Assembly (NCBI GenBank): GCA_017462545.1
Contig: JAFTQX010000001.1
Span: 2,380 to 66,379 of the forward strand
Length of the DNA: 64,000 nucleotides
Source of the DNA: Clostridia bacterium
GTDB lineage: Bacteria > Bacillota > Clostridia > Oscillospirales > CAG-272
Direction: 5' to 3'
Shown here: piece by piece, positions 8,614 through 17,398 of the stretch
How positions within the stretch are numbered: the first letter of the stretch is position 1
Layout: the number at the start of each line of letters is the position of its first letter
Program-made: the position numbers and the translations under genes
Notes under the pieces: generated by a model
The model's database searches: none
The model's input: only the letters and a program-made list of their open reading frames with translations
Told to the model about the DNA's origin: nothing

Positions 8614-9654
8614 ATGGATCTGAAACCTTTACGCCTGGGCGTTGCCTACCACGGCAACCGTATGCCCTCACACGCACGGCAGGACTTTATCGAGATTGCC
8701 AAAAACGGCATGAACCTGGTCGTGCACATGCTCTCGCACACAGACTGGGAGAGGCATAAGAACGTTGTGCGTGATATGGTAGCCATGTCGCAGGATGCGG
8801 GACTTGAGGTATGGATGGATAACTGGGGCTTGGGTGGCCCTCCCGGTGATAAATCGCACTTCCTTGGCTACTATCCCGATAGCCATATGTATTATTCGGA
8901 TGGCGAAATGCTGCCCTCGCACGTCTGCCTGCGCAGCCCGGACTTTATGCGCTTTATGCGCGACTGGGTAGATACCGTGGCTTGGATGGGCGTGAAGACC
9001 ATCTTCTGGGATGAGCCGCATCTGCCGAACAAGGAAAAGGACGGCAAGCAATACTATGGCTGCTGCTGCCCGCGTTGCCGCCGTCTGTTTGAAGAAAAGT
9101 ACGGCCGCCCGATGCCCGAGGTGCTGGATAAGGAGGCCGAGACCTTTGTGGTAGATGGTCTGATCGATTATTTCCGTGAGATCACGGCATACAGCGCCTC
9201 CAAGGGGATCGAGAACGTGGTTTGCGTCATGCTTGGCACCTTTGGCATGAGCCTGTCGGCCGCCGATAAGATCTGCACCCTGCCCACCATTGATAACATC
9301 GGCTCTGACCCCTACTGGGTAGGTGGCGAGACCCCTGCTTACGAGTTTGTGTACCGTGGTGCGAAGGAAAACATCGAGCTGTGCAACCGCTACAAAAAGG
9401 ATCACAACATTTGGATTCAGTGCTATAACAACCCCCGCGGCAAGGAGGAGGAGATCGTGGAGGCGGCCGAGGCGGCGTATGACGCCGGCGCCCGCACCAT
9501 CCTCGCCTGGGGCTACCGCGGCAGCGAGTCGAATGATTATCATGCCCACAATCCCGAGGTGGTCTGGGCCAAGACCTGTGAGGCGATGCGCCGTGTGCAG
9601 GATATGGAGAGAGACCGCCTGCTGGCGATCTATCGCGAGAAATATCGTAAATAA
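8614..9654 (+). CDS. Hypothetical protein, possibly a TIM-barrel glycoside-hydrolase-like enzyme
   Basis: Start moved to ATG 8614 (MDLKPLRLGVAYHGN). 346 aa with Cys cluster CCCPRC and alternating beta/alpha character. Function not recognised. Confidence 0.45.
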   Translation: MDLKPLRLGVAYHGNRMPSHARQDFIEIAKNGMNLVVHMLSHTDWERHKNVVRDMVAMSQDAGLEVWMDNWGLGGPPGDKSHFLGYYPDSHMYYSDGEMLPSHVCLRSPDFMRFMRDWVDTVAWMGVKTIFWDEPHLPNKEKDGKQYYGCCCPRCRRLFEEKYGRPMPEVLDKEAETFVVDGLIDYFREITAYSASKGIENVVCVMLGTFGMSLSAADKICTLPTIDNIGSDPYWVGGETPAYEFVYRGAKENIELCNRYKKDHNIWIQCYNNPRGKEEEIVEAAEAAYDAGARTILAWGYRGSESNDYHAHNPEVVWAKTCEAMRRVQDMERDRLLAIYREKYRK

Positions 9655-9659
9655 TATAC

Positions 9660-9687
9660 AAAGAGGCGAGCGATTGCTCGCCTCTTT
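9660..9687 (+). terminator. Intrinsic terminator
   Basis: AAAGAGGCGAGC-GATT-GCTCGCCTCTTT immediately after the stop at 9654. Confidence 0.65.
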
Positions 9688-9690
9688 GTG

Positions 9691-9718
9691 CGTTTTGTAT
9701 AAAAAATCGTTTTGTACA
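9691..9718 (+). promoter_or_regulatory. Direct repeat CGTTTTGTA x2 abutting the -35 of giant gene 1
   Basis: CGTTTTGTA at 9691-9699 and 9708-9716 (17-nt period). CGTTTTGTACA resembles the inverted TGTACAAAAACG at 33860-33871. Confidence 0.35.
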
Positions 9719-9747
9719 ATGACGAAATTAAGGTTGTGTGGTATAAT
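9719..9747 (+). promoter_or_regulatory. Candidate promoter of giant esterase gene 1
   Basis: ATGACG 9719-9724 (4/6 to the -35 consensus), 17-nt spacer, extended -10 TGgTATAAT (9739-9747). Confidence 0.45.
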
Positions 9748-9815
9748 AAACTGCATTTTTATTATTAAACGAGGAAAAGCTGCGGTTTTTCCTCCAAAAA
9801 AGAGAGGAACAAATC

Positions 9816-12800
9816 ATGAAAAAGCGTATGTTGTCCCTACTCCTTGCGCTTTGCATGCTGCTTACCAGCGTACCGCTCCTGGTACTGCCGGTCGTGGCAA
9901 CAGAGGCAGAGGAGAATAACGTGACCGTTACCTTCCGCACAGCGGACGGTACCGTTGTCTGCACGCGTGAGCACCCTGCAGGCTACATGTGGCTCAAGGC
10001 CCCTACGGAGGCCGAGATGACTGCTGCAGGTCTGACCGAGGACGAGATCGGTGAGATCCTTGGCTGGTTCTACATGGCGCCTGATGGCAAGTATTATGAC
10101 ATCAGCGCGTTTACCAGCATCTATTTGGAGAAGGATATCATCATCTCCCCCTTCACCAAGACATCGACCCTGCACCGTACCGGCAAGCTTTCTTGGCCGC
10201 TGTACACCGTGCCGGCAGATGCCGCTGCGGGTGATATTCTGCCTCTTGATTGTTGGCAGGGCGGCTTTACAATGGGCTACGCCAACCGTAACGATCTGCT
10301 GAACACCTATACCCTGTACGATGAGGTGCAGCTCTATTCGTTGACGGGTACTCATCTGCTACGGTATGCCGAGCAGTGGACAGAGGGTGGCTTATATTTG
10401 CTTGACAGCCAGGGCTTTGTTATGCCGAACCTGACGGATAAGGATAAAAACACCGTCATTGCCTGGAATGCGCTTGTCAGCGGTACAGTCAATATTTCTG
10501 TGGATATTCCCGCGTCGCATGCCCCTGCCTTTATCGTTGTCAAGAACGACAAGATCGTATATCCCGCATCGACCGATGAAGTGACCGTTTCTGCCGATGA
10601 CCGTACCACCTGGGCTGCCAAGACCGATACCTCTACCGCGTGGGATGATAAGGCACTGCTGGAGGCGCTAACCGTGACCGCCGGTGACCAGATCCGCTTT
10701 ATTCTGTCGCGGCGCGACGGCGGTACCAGCACGACCGGCTTCTGGCCTACCATCACCTATACAAGCGATCTCTCCACCCCCACCTTCTCGGATGAGATCC
10801 TGTACGGTGGTACCACCTCTTTTGATAAGAATTTCCCTACATACGATAAGACCAACGATGTGGTCACCTGGAACGGTGGCTGGCAGCTCGTGTACTATCC
10901 CGGCATCAGTGATATCGCAGGCGGCAAGGCCCAGCTTCTCGAAAAGGGCATGAATCTGGATGGTGCCAACAATGCACTCTCTATTTCTGACAACGATGAT
11001 AAGGGGCTTGGTGATGTCAGCGTGCTTGCCGCCGTAACATCGAACAGCGGCTGGGGCGGTAATGATAAGTTTGCTTTTGCTATCAAGAACAACGTGGTAG
11101 CCGGCTACCGCTATATCTCTGACCGGACGGGTACGCTTTCCATTGATTTTACTACCCTCGGCCGTATCGGCACGATGAACGTAAAAGCAGCGGATGTCAG
11201 CTTCGCTATTTACGTGGACGGCGTGAAGGTCTGGCCTGTCAGCACAACAGAGCAGGATGCGGATATCAACGCAAACGGCTGGTATTCGCTTGGCGAACTG
11301 ACGGCAAGTCAGAAAAAGATCGTGACAGACGATGCCAATGCAACCGACGTGGCTGCGCGCCGCGGTATCAAGGTCAACAAGGGCAGCCGCGTAGAGATTC
11401 TGTGTACCAATAGCGGCGGCAGCATTTATGCCGGAGCCGGCCTTACCATGTTTGCCGACCTGACCTACGAAAAGGCGGCTGATTTGGTAACCTCCTTCAA
11501 CGAAAACAAGCCTACCTACGATAAGACCAACGATATCGTCACCTGGAACGGCGGCTGGTCACTCGTTCACTACAACCATGTAGATGCCATTGCCGGCGGC
11601 GAGGCAGACTTCCTCACCAAGGGCATGCATATCAATAATGATAGAGACTCGCTGACGATCCCCGCCAATGCGGGTACCTCGTCAGATAATCCCAGTACCA
11701 TCCTGGCAACGGCCGGCATTTCGGCAAGCTCCTGGTCCTATGGCTCGTATACTTACAGCATCTCGGCCGCAAAGGGACACGTGGGCGGCTACCGCTACAC
11801 AACAGAGGCAACCGGTTTTATCGATATTGATTTCACCAAGCTGGGACACTTCTGTGATATGGCCTCCTCCGACACCATGGTTTACGCGATTTACGTAGAC
11901 GGCCAAAAGGTTTGGCCCACAGGTGACGCTTGGTATGGCCGCGCCGGCGGTAACGGCACGATCGACGTGACCGCGGCCGCGAACGCGACCGATGAGGCCG
12001 CCCGCCGTAACATCTTTGTACGCAAGGGCAGCCGCGTAGAGTTCCTCTGCACCAGCACCGATACCTCCAAAACCATTTGGGGTACCGCCGGCAACCTGAT
12101 GTATGCCGATATTACCATGAACACGGTTGACCCGCAGCTTTCGGTAGCCGGTACGGTAGGCAGCGCCTTTGCCATGAACCTGACGGTTGGCAACCGCGCC
12201 TCCTATAAGGATCTTACCGTGAAGATCAACGGCGAGAAGATCACCCCCGCAAACGGCATCTATACCCTTGCCGGCATTGCCGCCAAGGATATGAAAAAGG
12301 CCATCACCTATGAGGTGACCGGTAAGGTCTACGGTGTAGATGTTACGATCGCCAAGGGCGAGACCACCTTTGCCGATTACCTGACCGCATTGACCAAAAA
12401 CACCGCATTGGCAACCAATATTCGCATGCTGGCACAGGCTACGCTCAGCTACGGCGAGGCTGCTGAAAAGTACTTTACAAATGGTAGCCTGAATGCCACC
12501 GAGCAAGCTCTGATTGCGAACGCACCGAGCACGAACGGCACGATGAACATTGTAAAAAATGCCGATCAAAGCGCGAATAAGTTCGAATTCTACGGCGTCT
12601 CTCTTTTGCTCAATGACGAGATCGATATCAAGCTGTACGTGGATGCCCTGACCGAGCAGGCCTCGCTTGACGGCTATACCATCCGCGTGACGAGCAACAA
12701 GGTAAACGGCAACGGCTGGACTTTGCAGCCGCGTGGAGACGTTAACGACAATTGGCACTTCAAGTCGATTATCAACGGTATCCCCGCTTCGGCATACGGC

Positions 12801-15800
12801 TCTGATCTTTCCATCACCGTGATGGAGGGCGAGACTGCCGTGAGCGACACGCTCGTATACAGCGTAGACGCGTATATTGCCCGTATGTACAGCACCCGCA
12901 CCGATCTGGAAAAGAATCTGCTGCACGCCATTGCTACGATGGGTGATGCCGCAGGCGGCGCGCATATCCATGTATACGGCGAATGGATGCTGGGTGAGGT
13001 AGACGGGGATAACAATCAGACCGAATACCGCATCTGTACCCTGTGCGAGCATAGGGATGAGCGTCTTTGCGAAGAGATTGAGATCGTTTATCAAGACACC
13101 TACACCTTTGCAAGCCCTGTTCTCTCGATCGAGAAGGAGATCGTTACCTCTACCGATCTGCTGACCGGCGCAGCAGACAGCCACGTGCTGATCAAGTCGG
13201 CAGAGAACGAGATCTATGCTACCGGTACCGGCAGCGCGTTGGTCAAGACCGCAGACGGCTACGTTATGGTGACGGTTTCTGCCGCCCCCATCAACATGCT
13301 CTTCCTCTCCGGTCAGTCGAATGCCGAGGGTGCTTCTGCTGCCGGTGCAACCCCCAATGAAAATAATAAGTACGATTATGCGGATTACGGCAAGTACTTC
13401 CTGCGTTCGCCCGATCGCATGGCGTATTACACCTACACCTACCACAGCCTGGATATTACGGCCGAGGAGAGCACCGGTCGTACCCCTGCTTCCTACGTTG
13501 TTAAGTCTCTGAAATGGGGCGATAACACCCGTTACAGCAGCGTTTCGAGCGGCCCCAGCGTGACTACCCTGTGCGATGAAGGCAGTACCTTTGCCTCCGC
13601 CGGTGTCGGTGCCGCGCTGACGGCAGAATGGATCAAGCAGACCGGTGAGCGTGTTTGGCTGGTCAACTCCGCCCACGGCGGTCACCCCATTCAGAACTTC
13701 TTGCCCCTCGGCTCGGAGGGCGTTGGTGATGTGCCTGTAGAGCGCTACAACGACTACGAGCAGGCAGTTGCCGTCTTCGGTCTTGCCATGCAAACGCTGG
13801 AGAATGAGATCAAGGCCGGCCACTTTACGCTCAGCCACATGGCCTTCTACTGGTTCCAGGGTGAGAGCGACAGCTCCTCGAACGACCTCTACTACCTTGA
13901 GCAGTTTGATCGTGTATACAGCGAGCTGCAGAAGGATGTACAGCTTGACGGTAAGAGCTTCGACTTCGGCGGTCTGTTTACCCTGCGCTCCTGCAAGGAT
14001 AACAGCGGCAACTCCGAGGCCGAGCTGTATATGACCGGCCCGCGTATCGCGCAGTATGAGATCGGCGCGGATAACAGCACCGAGAACGCCTACTCCAATG
14101 TGTATGTTGTTACCAATGCAACCGAGCAATGGACCTCTACCGATGCGGATGTCAAGCAGTATTTCTTGGATATCTACGGCTCGGAGGAGAACTTTAAGTC
14201 CATCTTCGGCTACGATATCCCCGATACCCGCGCCATGATGCACCCCAACATTCACTACGCGATCTACGGTCAGAATGAGATGGGTATTGATGCGGCCAGA
14301 AACTCGCTGCTGATCATGAATCAGCTTGGTCTTACCAACTACGATCTTTCCTATGCCGTGCAGGATGCCAAGACCGAGATCCGCCTGCTGAACGTGGACG
14401 GTTATACCGATCTCACCGAGATCTCGATTGACGTGACCAAGAATGTTGGCTACGTCATTCCGCAGATCACCCCGATCTACCGTGTGGCACAGGGTGTGAC
14501 GCTGGTCTCCGAGACCGACGGTTACGTATTTGACCAGTTCCGCGTGGGCGTAGATAAGACCTATGAGGGCAACCTGGCAGACCAGATCACCTTCTCGGTT
14601 TACCTCGGCGGCGTTTGGCTGCAGCGCTACGACATGCCCATCAAGATCGTTTCCTCCATCCTGCTGGATAGCGACGTGACCTACGCGCAGTACGGCGGCG
14701 ACCTGGCCGAGAACCCGGAAAGAGAGACCAAGATCTACTCTGAGGGCAGTTGGGCTCGCGGCTGGATCGATTATGCCGATGGCTCGCTTCACCTCTTTGA
14801 TTACTACAATACCGAAAACGGCTGGTACTATTCGACCGGTGACGTGCTGTGGGGCAACCCCTTCCACGGCGCGTATTCCTCGCAGGGGCTGGCTCTGAGC
14901 GGTGCAGCCGGTAGCGGCGCGGCGGTATATTGGACTGCTGAGATCGGTGGCACGGTCACTCCCTTCTTTGACAACCTCGACACCAACCTGGGTGACGTCA
15001 ATATTGCGATCATGGTCAACGGTTATGTGGTATGGCCGGAGACGGCATCTCGCCTGAACTACGACGAGCACAGTGGTTGGTATCACGCCTATAATGGCGA
15101 CGCCGAGGGCGAGACCAAGACAACGACGGCCACCATCAACGAGGCCCTTGCCGATTGTAAGATCAAGGTCAACGCAGGAGATGAGATCGCCTTTGTGTTT
15201 GAACGTGTATCCAGCGTGTGCAATATGACGGCATTGCCCGGCCTGCAGTACCTGACCGGCGAGGTGACCGATGCGATCACCGTTCCCACCACCCCCTATT
15301 CTGCGCCTGTAGAGACGGTTACCTTTACCACAAGCGGCTTTGACCCTGTCAATAATACCACCCCGTGGGATTTCGGCTATCTGACCTACGCCACCAACAC
15401 CTTCAAGGAGTTTACCGTTATAGATGGCAACGGTTGGCTGCATGAGGAAGGCGAGAGCATGTGGGATAGTGATTGGCACGGTGCATTTTGGCAGAGCAGC
15501 TCGTATTCGATAGCTGTCAGCGGAAATAAAGGTGAGGACGCTGCCATTCGCTACACCGTGGAGAAGGACGGCATCATCGTGCCGCAGCTTGGAACATTGA
15601 GCGGAACGGGCACGGATACGTATTTTGCCATTTATGTCAGAAAGGCGAACGGCAATTATGTGCCTGTATTCCCGAGTACCGATACCGGTATCGACGGGAA
15701 TGGCTGGTACACGATCTATGATGGAACAGGCGAGGGAGAAACGGCTACCACCGCTGCGATGATGAATATCCTGTTGGATGACATCAGCATTGAGGTAGAG

Positions 15801-15899
15801 GCCGGTGATGAAATTCTGTTCCTCTTTGCAAAGCTGGGCAACCAGAATACCTACATCAAGTGCTATCCCTCCATCGTTTATACCACCATAAAGGAGTGA
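9816..15899 (+). CDS. Giant secreted multi-repeat protein with an internal sialate-O-acetylesterase (SASA/GQSN)-type domain
   Basis: 2027 aa. Sec signal MKKRMLSLLLALCMLLTSVPLLVLPVVATEAEE; SD GAGAGGA 7 nt upstream. Five unassigned ~90-aa modules (core FAIYVDGxKVWP) at ~10450-10720, 11095-11410, 11780-12055, 14915-15205 and 15538-15830. Esterase domain ~13285-14330 (GQSNAEG 13311-13331, WFQGESD 13851-13871). No LPXTG, SLH or dockerin seen. Confidence 0.9.
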   Translation: MKKRMLSLLLALCMLLTSVPLLVLPVVATEAEENNVTVTFRTADGTVVCTREHPAGYMWLKAPTEAEMTAAGLTEDEIGEILGWFYMAPDGKYYDISAFTSIYLEKDIIISPFTKTSTLHRTGKLSWPLYTVPADAAAGDILPLDCWQGGFTMGYANRNDLLNTYTLYDEVQLYSLTGTHLLRYAEQWTEGGLYLLDSQGFVMPNLTDKDKNTVIAWNALVSGTVNISVDIPASHAPAFIVVKNDKIVYPASTDEVTVSADDRTTWAAKTDTSTAWDDKALLEALTVTAGDQIRFILSRRDGGTSTTGFWPTITYTSDLSTPTFSDEILYGGTTSFDKNFPTYDKTNDVVTWNGGWQLVYYPGISDIAGGKAQLLEKGMNLDGANNALSISDNDDKGLGDVSVLAAVTSNSGWGGNDKFAFAIKNNVVAGYRYISDRTGTLSIDFTTLGRIGTMNVKAADVSFAIYVDGVKVWPVSTTEQDADINANGWYSLGELTASQKKIVTDDANATDVAARRGIKVNKGSRVEILCTNSGGSIYAGAGLTMFADLTYEKAADLVTSFNENKPTYDKTNDIVTWNGGWSLVHYNHVDAIAGGEADFLTKGMHINNDRDSLTIPANAGTSSDNPSTILATAGISASSWSYGSYTYSISAAKGHVGGYRYTTEATGFIDIDFTKLGHFCDMASSDTMVYAIYVDGQKVWPTGDAWYGRAGGNGTIDVTAAANATDEAARRNIFVRKGSRVEFLCTSTDTSKTIWGTAGNLMYADITMNTVDPQLSVAGTVGSAFAMNLTVGNRASYKDLTVKINGEKITPANGIYTLAGIAAKDMKKAITYEVTGKVYGVDVTIAKGETTFADYLTALTKNTALATNIRMLAQATLSYGEAAEKYFTNGSLNATEQALIANAPSTNGTMNIVKNADQSANKFEFYGVSLLLNDEIDIKLYVDALTEQASLDGYTIRVTSNKVNGNGWTLQPRGDVNDNWHFKSIINGIPASAYGSDLSITVMEGETAVSDTLVYSVDAYIARMYSTRTDLEKNLLHAIATMGDAAGGAHIHVYGEWMLGEVDGDNNQTEYRICTLCEHRDERLCEEIEIVYQDTYTFASPVLSIEKEIVTSTDLLTGAADSHVLIKSAENEIYATGTGSALVKTADGYVMVTVSAAPINMLFLSGQSNAEGASAAGATPNENNKYDYADYGKYFLRSPDRMAYYTYTYHSLDITAEESTGRTPASYVVKSLKWGDNTRYSSVSSGPSVTTLCDEGSTFASAGVGAALTAEWIKQTGERVWLVNSAHGGHPIQNFLPLGSEGVGDVPVERYNDYEQAVAVFGLAMQTLENEIKAGHFTLSHMAFYWFQGESDSSSNDLYYLEQFDRVYSELQKDVQLDGKSFDFGGLFTLRSCKDNSGNSEAELYMTGPRIAQYEIGADNSTENAYSNVYVVTNATEQWTSTDADVKQYFLDIYGSEENFKSIFGYDIPDTRAMMHPNIHYAIYGQNEMGIDAARNSLLIMNQLGLTNYDLSYAVQDAKTEIRLLNVDGYTDLTEISIDVTKNVGYVIPQITPIYRVAQGVTLVSETDGYVFDQFRVGVDKTYEGNLADQITFSVYLGGVWLQRYDMPIKIVSSILLDSDVTYAQYGGDLAENPERETKIYSEGSWARGWIDYADGSLHLFDYYNTENGWYYSTGDVLWGNPFHGAYSSQGLALSGAAGSGAAVYWTAEIGGTVTPFFDNLDTNLGDVNIAIMVNGYVVWPETASRLNYDEHSGWYHAYNGDAEGETKTTTATINEALADCKIKVNAGDEIAFVFERVSSVCNMTALPGLQYLTGEVTDAITVPTTPYSAPVETVTFTTSGFDPVNNTTPWDFGYLTYATNTFKEFTVIDGNGWLHEEGESMWDSDWHGAFWQSSSYSIAVSGNKGEDAAIRYTVEKDGIIVPQLGTLSGTGTDTYFAIYVRKANGNYVPVFPSTDTGIDGNGWYTIYDGTGEGETATTAAMMNILLDDISIEVEAGDEILFLFAKLGNQNTYIKCYPSIVYTTIKE

Positions 15900-15904
15900 T
15901 CGAT

Positions 15905-16021
15905 ATGAAACCATACGAAACCCCCACATGGCAGCTGATTGCGCTCTCGTCCGACCTGTTGATGGCATCGGATGAGAACGAGCTTGCCATTGATAAGCTT
16001 TCTTCGATCTTTGATTTCTGA
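15905..16021 (+). CDS. 38-aa micro-protein coupled to giant gene 1 (MKPYETPTWQLIALSSDLLMASDENELAIDKLSSIFDF)
   Basis: SD AAGGAG at 15891-15896, ATG 15905, TGA 16019-16021, then a terminator. Residues 17-38 are identical to the ORF at 40134-40250, with 10 synonymous and 0 nonsynonymous differences. Confidence 0.75.
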   Translation: MKPYETPTWQLIALSSDLLMASDENELAIDKLSSIFDF

Positions 16022-16040
16022 TTAGAAAGCAACACAAAAA

Positions 16041-16079
16041 ACAAGCCGATATGGGAAATCCCATATCGGCTTGTTTTTT
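16041..16079. terminator. Bidirectional intrinsic terminator
   Basis: ACAAGCCGATATGGG-AAAT-CCCATATCGGCTTGT with an A-run before and TTTTT after. It lies between the convergent micro-ORF and MFS gene. Confidence 0.8.
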
Positions 16080-16085
16080 GCTTGC

Positions 16086-17396
16086 TTATGAACGCTTTTC
16101 GTTTTTCATCAACAGCAGCAGAGGAATGACGGCAGGCACAGCCACGATCGCGGCAGCCAGAAAAATGTTGTAGGTCGGCATAAAGTCGGCACCGTTGATG
16201 CCCATGGCATCCAGACCGATGCACAGGGAGATGATCGGGCCTACGATCATGGGAATCAGTACGGTAAAGCACATCCGCACCCCTTGAAAGCGGCCGGTGT
16301 AGCCTGTTGGGATGTAGTCCTGGAAGGCCGCCGTCAGCGCACCGCTGAGCGAAAGCAGGCCGCCCATCATCAGCACGCCGCCGCCAAAAAGCAGGATCGA
16401 AAAGAGCGTGCCCTCCACATATTGCAGTGAAAAGAAGGCAAGAATACCAAGCACCGCCGACAGCAGCAGCGGCAGGTAAAAGCGTGCACGTCCAAATCGG
16501 TCAAACAGCACGCCCATGACCCCGGTGAAGATGGCCGCGCCGGGAATGATGACCGCCATAGGTACGACAAAGCCATCACCAAAGCCGAGCGTCTTGATGA
16601 CAAAATTCATCAGGTAGGAGAAAAAGGTCTGCTGCGAGATGCCTACCAAGGCAGCACCGGCAAGACATACATACATCAGGCGGTTTTCTCGAATCACAGA
16701 GGGGCGAAAGCCGTAAAAGGTCTCACGGGCGGTGGTGGCACTCTTTTCAATGGTTTTGGCATCACGGAAAAACAAGAACGCCAGCAGCCCCGCCACGATC
16801 GGAATGATGCCCAGGGTGATAAAGAAGGCGGCATTGCTTTGGTTTTCTGTGCTGTACAGCGGGCCGATCAGCAAAAAGACCAGCACGACCGAAAGAACCG
16901 GCAGGGTAGAGAGAATGGCGTTCAGCTTGCCGCGGTTGGTCTTGTCGGTGTTGTCGGCTACCCAGGCATTGAAGGCGGCATCGTTGGCGGTAGAGCCGGC
17001 AAAGGTCATCAGGCAGTCAAAGACGACCAAGGCCGTGGCAACCATTGCCAGCATCGAGCTCTCTGCCCGCATGGGCAACAGGGCAAACAGCATGATGGTC
17101 GCGCCCCAAGCAAGATAGCCGTAGGCAACAAATGGCTTGCGTTTTCCCACACGGTCGCATAGTCCCCCTGCCCACACGGTGGTGGCTGTGGCCGTCAGCG
17201 CAGAGCAGATCACCATCAGCGTGGTGACGATGTAGGAAAGATCGTGCCGTCCGGAGGCGGCAAAAATGTCTTGCGAGAGCGTGGCGAAATACATGTTTTC
17301 CACCACCCATGCGATCTGCCCTACCAGCCCAAAAAAGAGGGCAGAGAGCCATACGCGTCCCCCAAGCGGGGTTTGGTGATTTTTCTTGTTGTGCAT
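16086..17396 (-). CDS. MFS transporter (sugar/glycoside-type)
   Basis: Start moved to ATG 17396 (GGAGG 7 nt upstream). 436 aa, about 12 TM. Confidence 0.8.
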   Translation of the reverse strand: MHNKKNHQTPLGGRVWLSALFFGLVGQIAWVVENMYFATLSQDIFAASGRHDLSYIVTTLMVICSALTATATTVWAGGLCDRVGKRKPFVAYGYLAWGATIMLFALLPMRAESSMLAMVATALVVFDCLMTFAGSTANDAAFNAWVADNTDKTNRGKLNAILSTLPVLSVVLVFLLIGPLYSTENQSNAAFFITLGIIPIVAGLLAFLFFRDAKTIEKSATTARETFYGFRPSVIRENRLMYVCLAGAALVGISQQTFFSYLMNFVIKTLGFGDGFVVPMAVIIPGAAIFTGVMGVLFDRFGRARFYLPLLLSAVLGILAFFSLQYVEGTLFSILLFGGGVLMMGGLLSLSGALTAAFQDYIPTGYTGRFQGVRMCFTVLIPMIVGPIISLCIGLDAMGINGADFMPTYNIFLAAAIVAVPAVIPLLLLMKNEKRS

Positions 17397-17398
17397 AG

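Noticed and set aside
15897-15907. Programmed -1 frameshift fusing the micro-ORFs to the giant proteins, since both sit in the same -1 offset.
   Set aside because: Both micro-ORFs have their own ATG and a strong SD at proper spacing, and I see no X-XXY-YYZ slippery heptamer before either stop. Independent, coupled initiation is the simpler reading, and it remains testable.
11682-16064. 1460-aa ORF on the minus strand, antisense to giant gene 1 and to the micro-ORF.
   Set aside because: It has no SD or plausible start context, and its low-complexity, Arg/Gly/Ala-rich composition is typical of the antisense frame of GC3-rich genes. The sense strand carries a signal peptide and recognisable esterase motifs.
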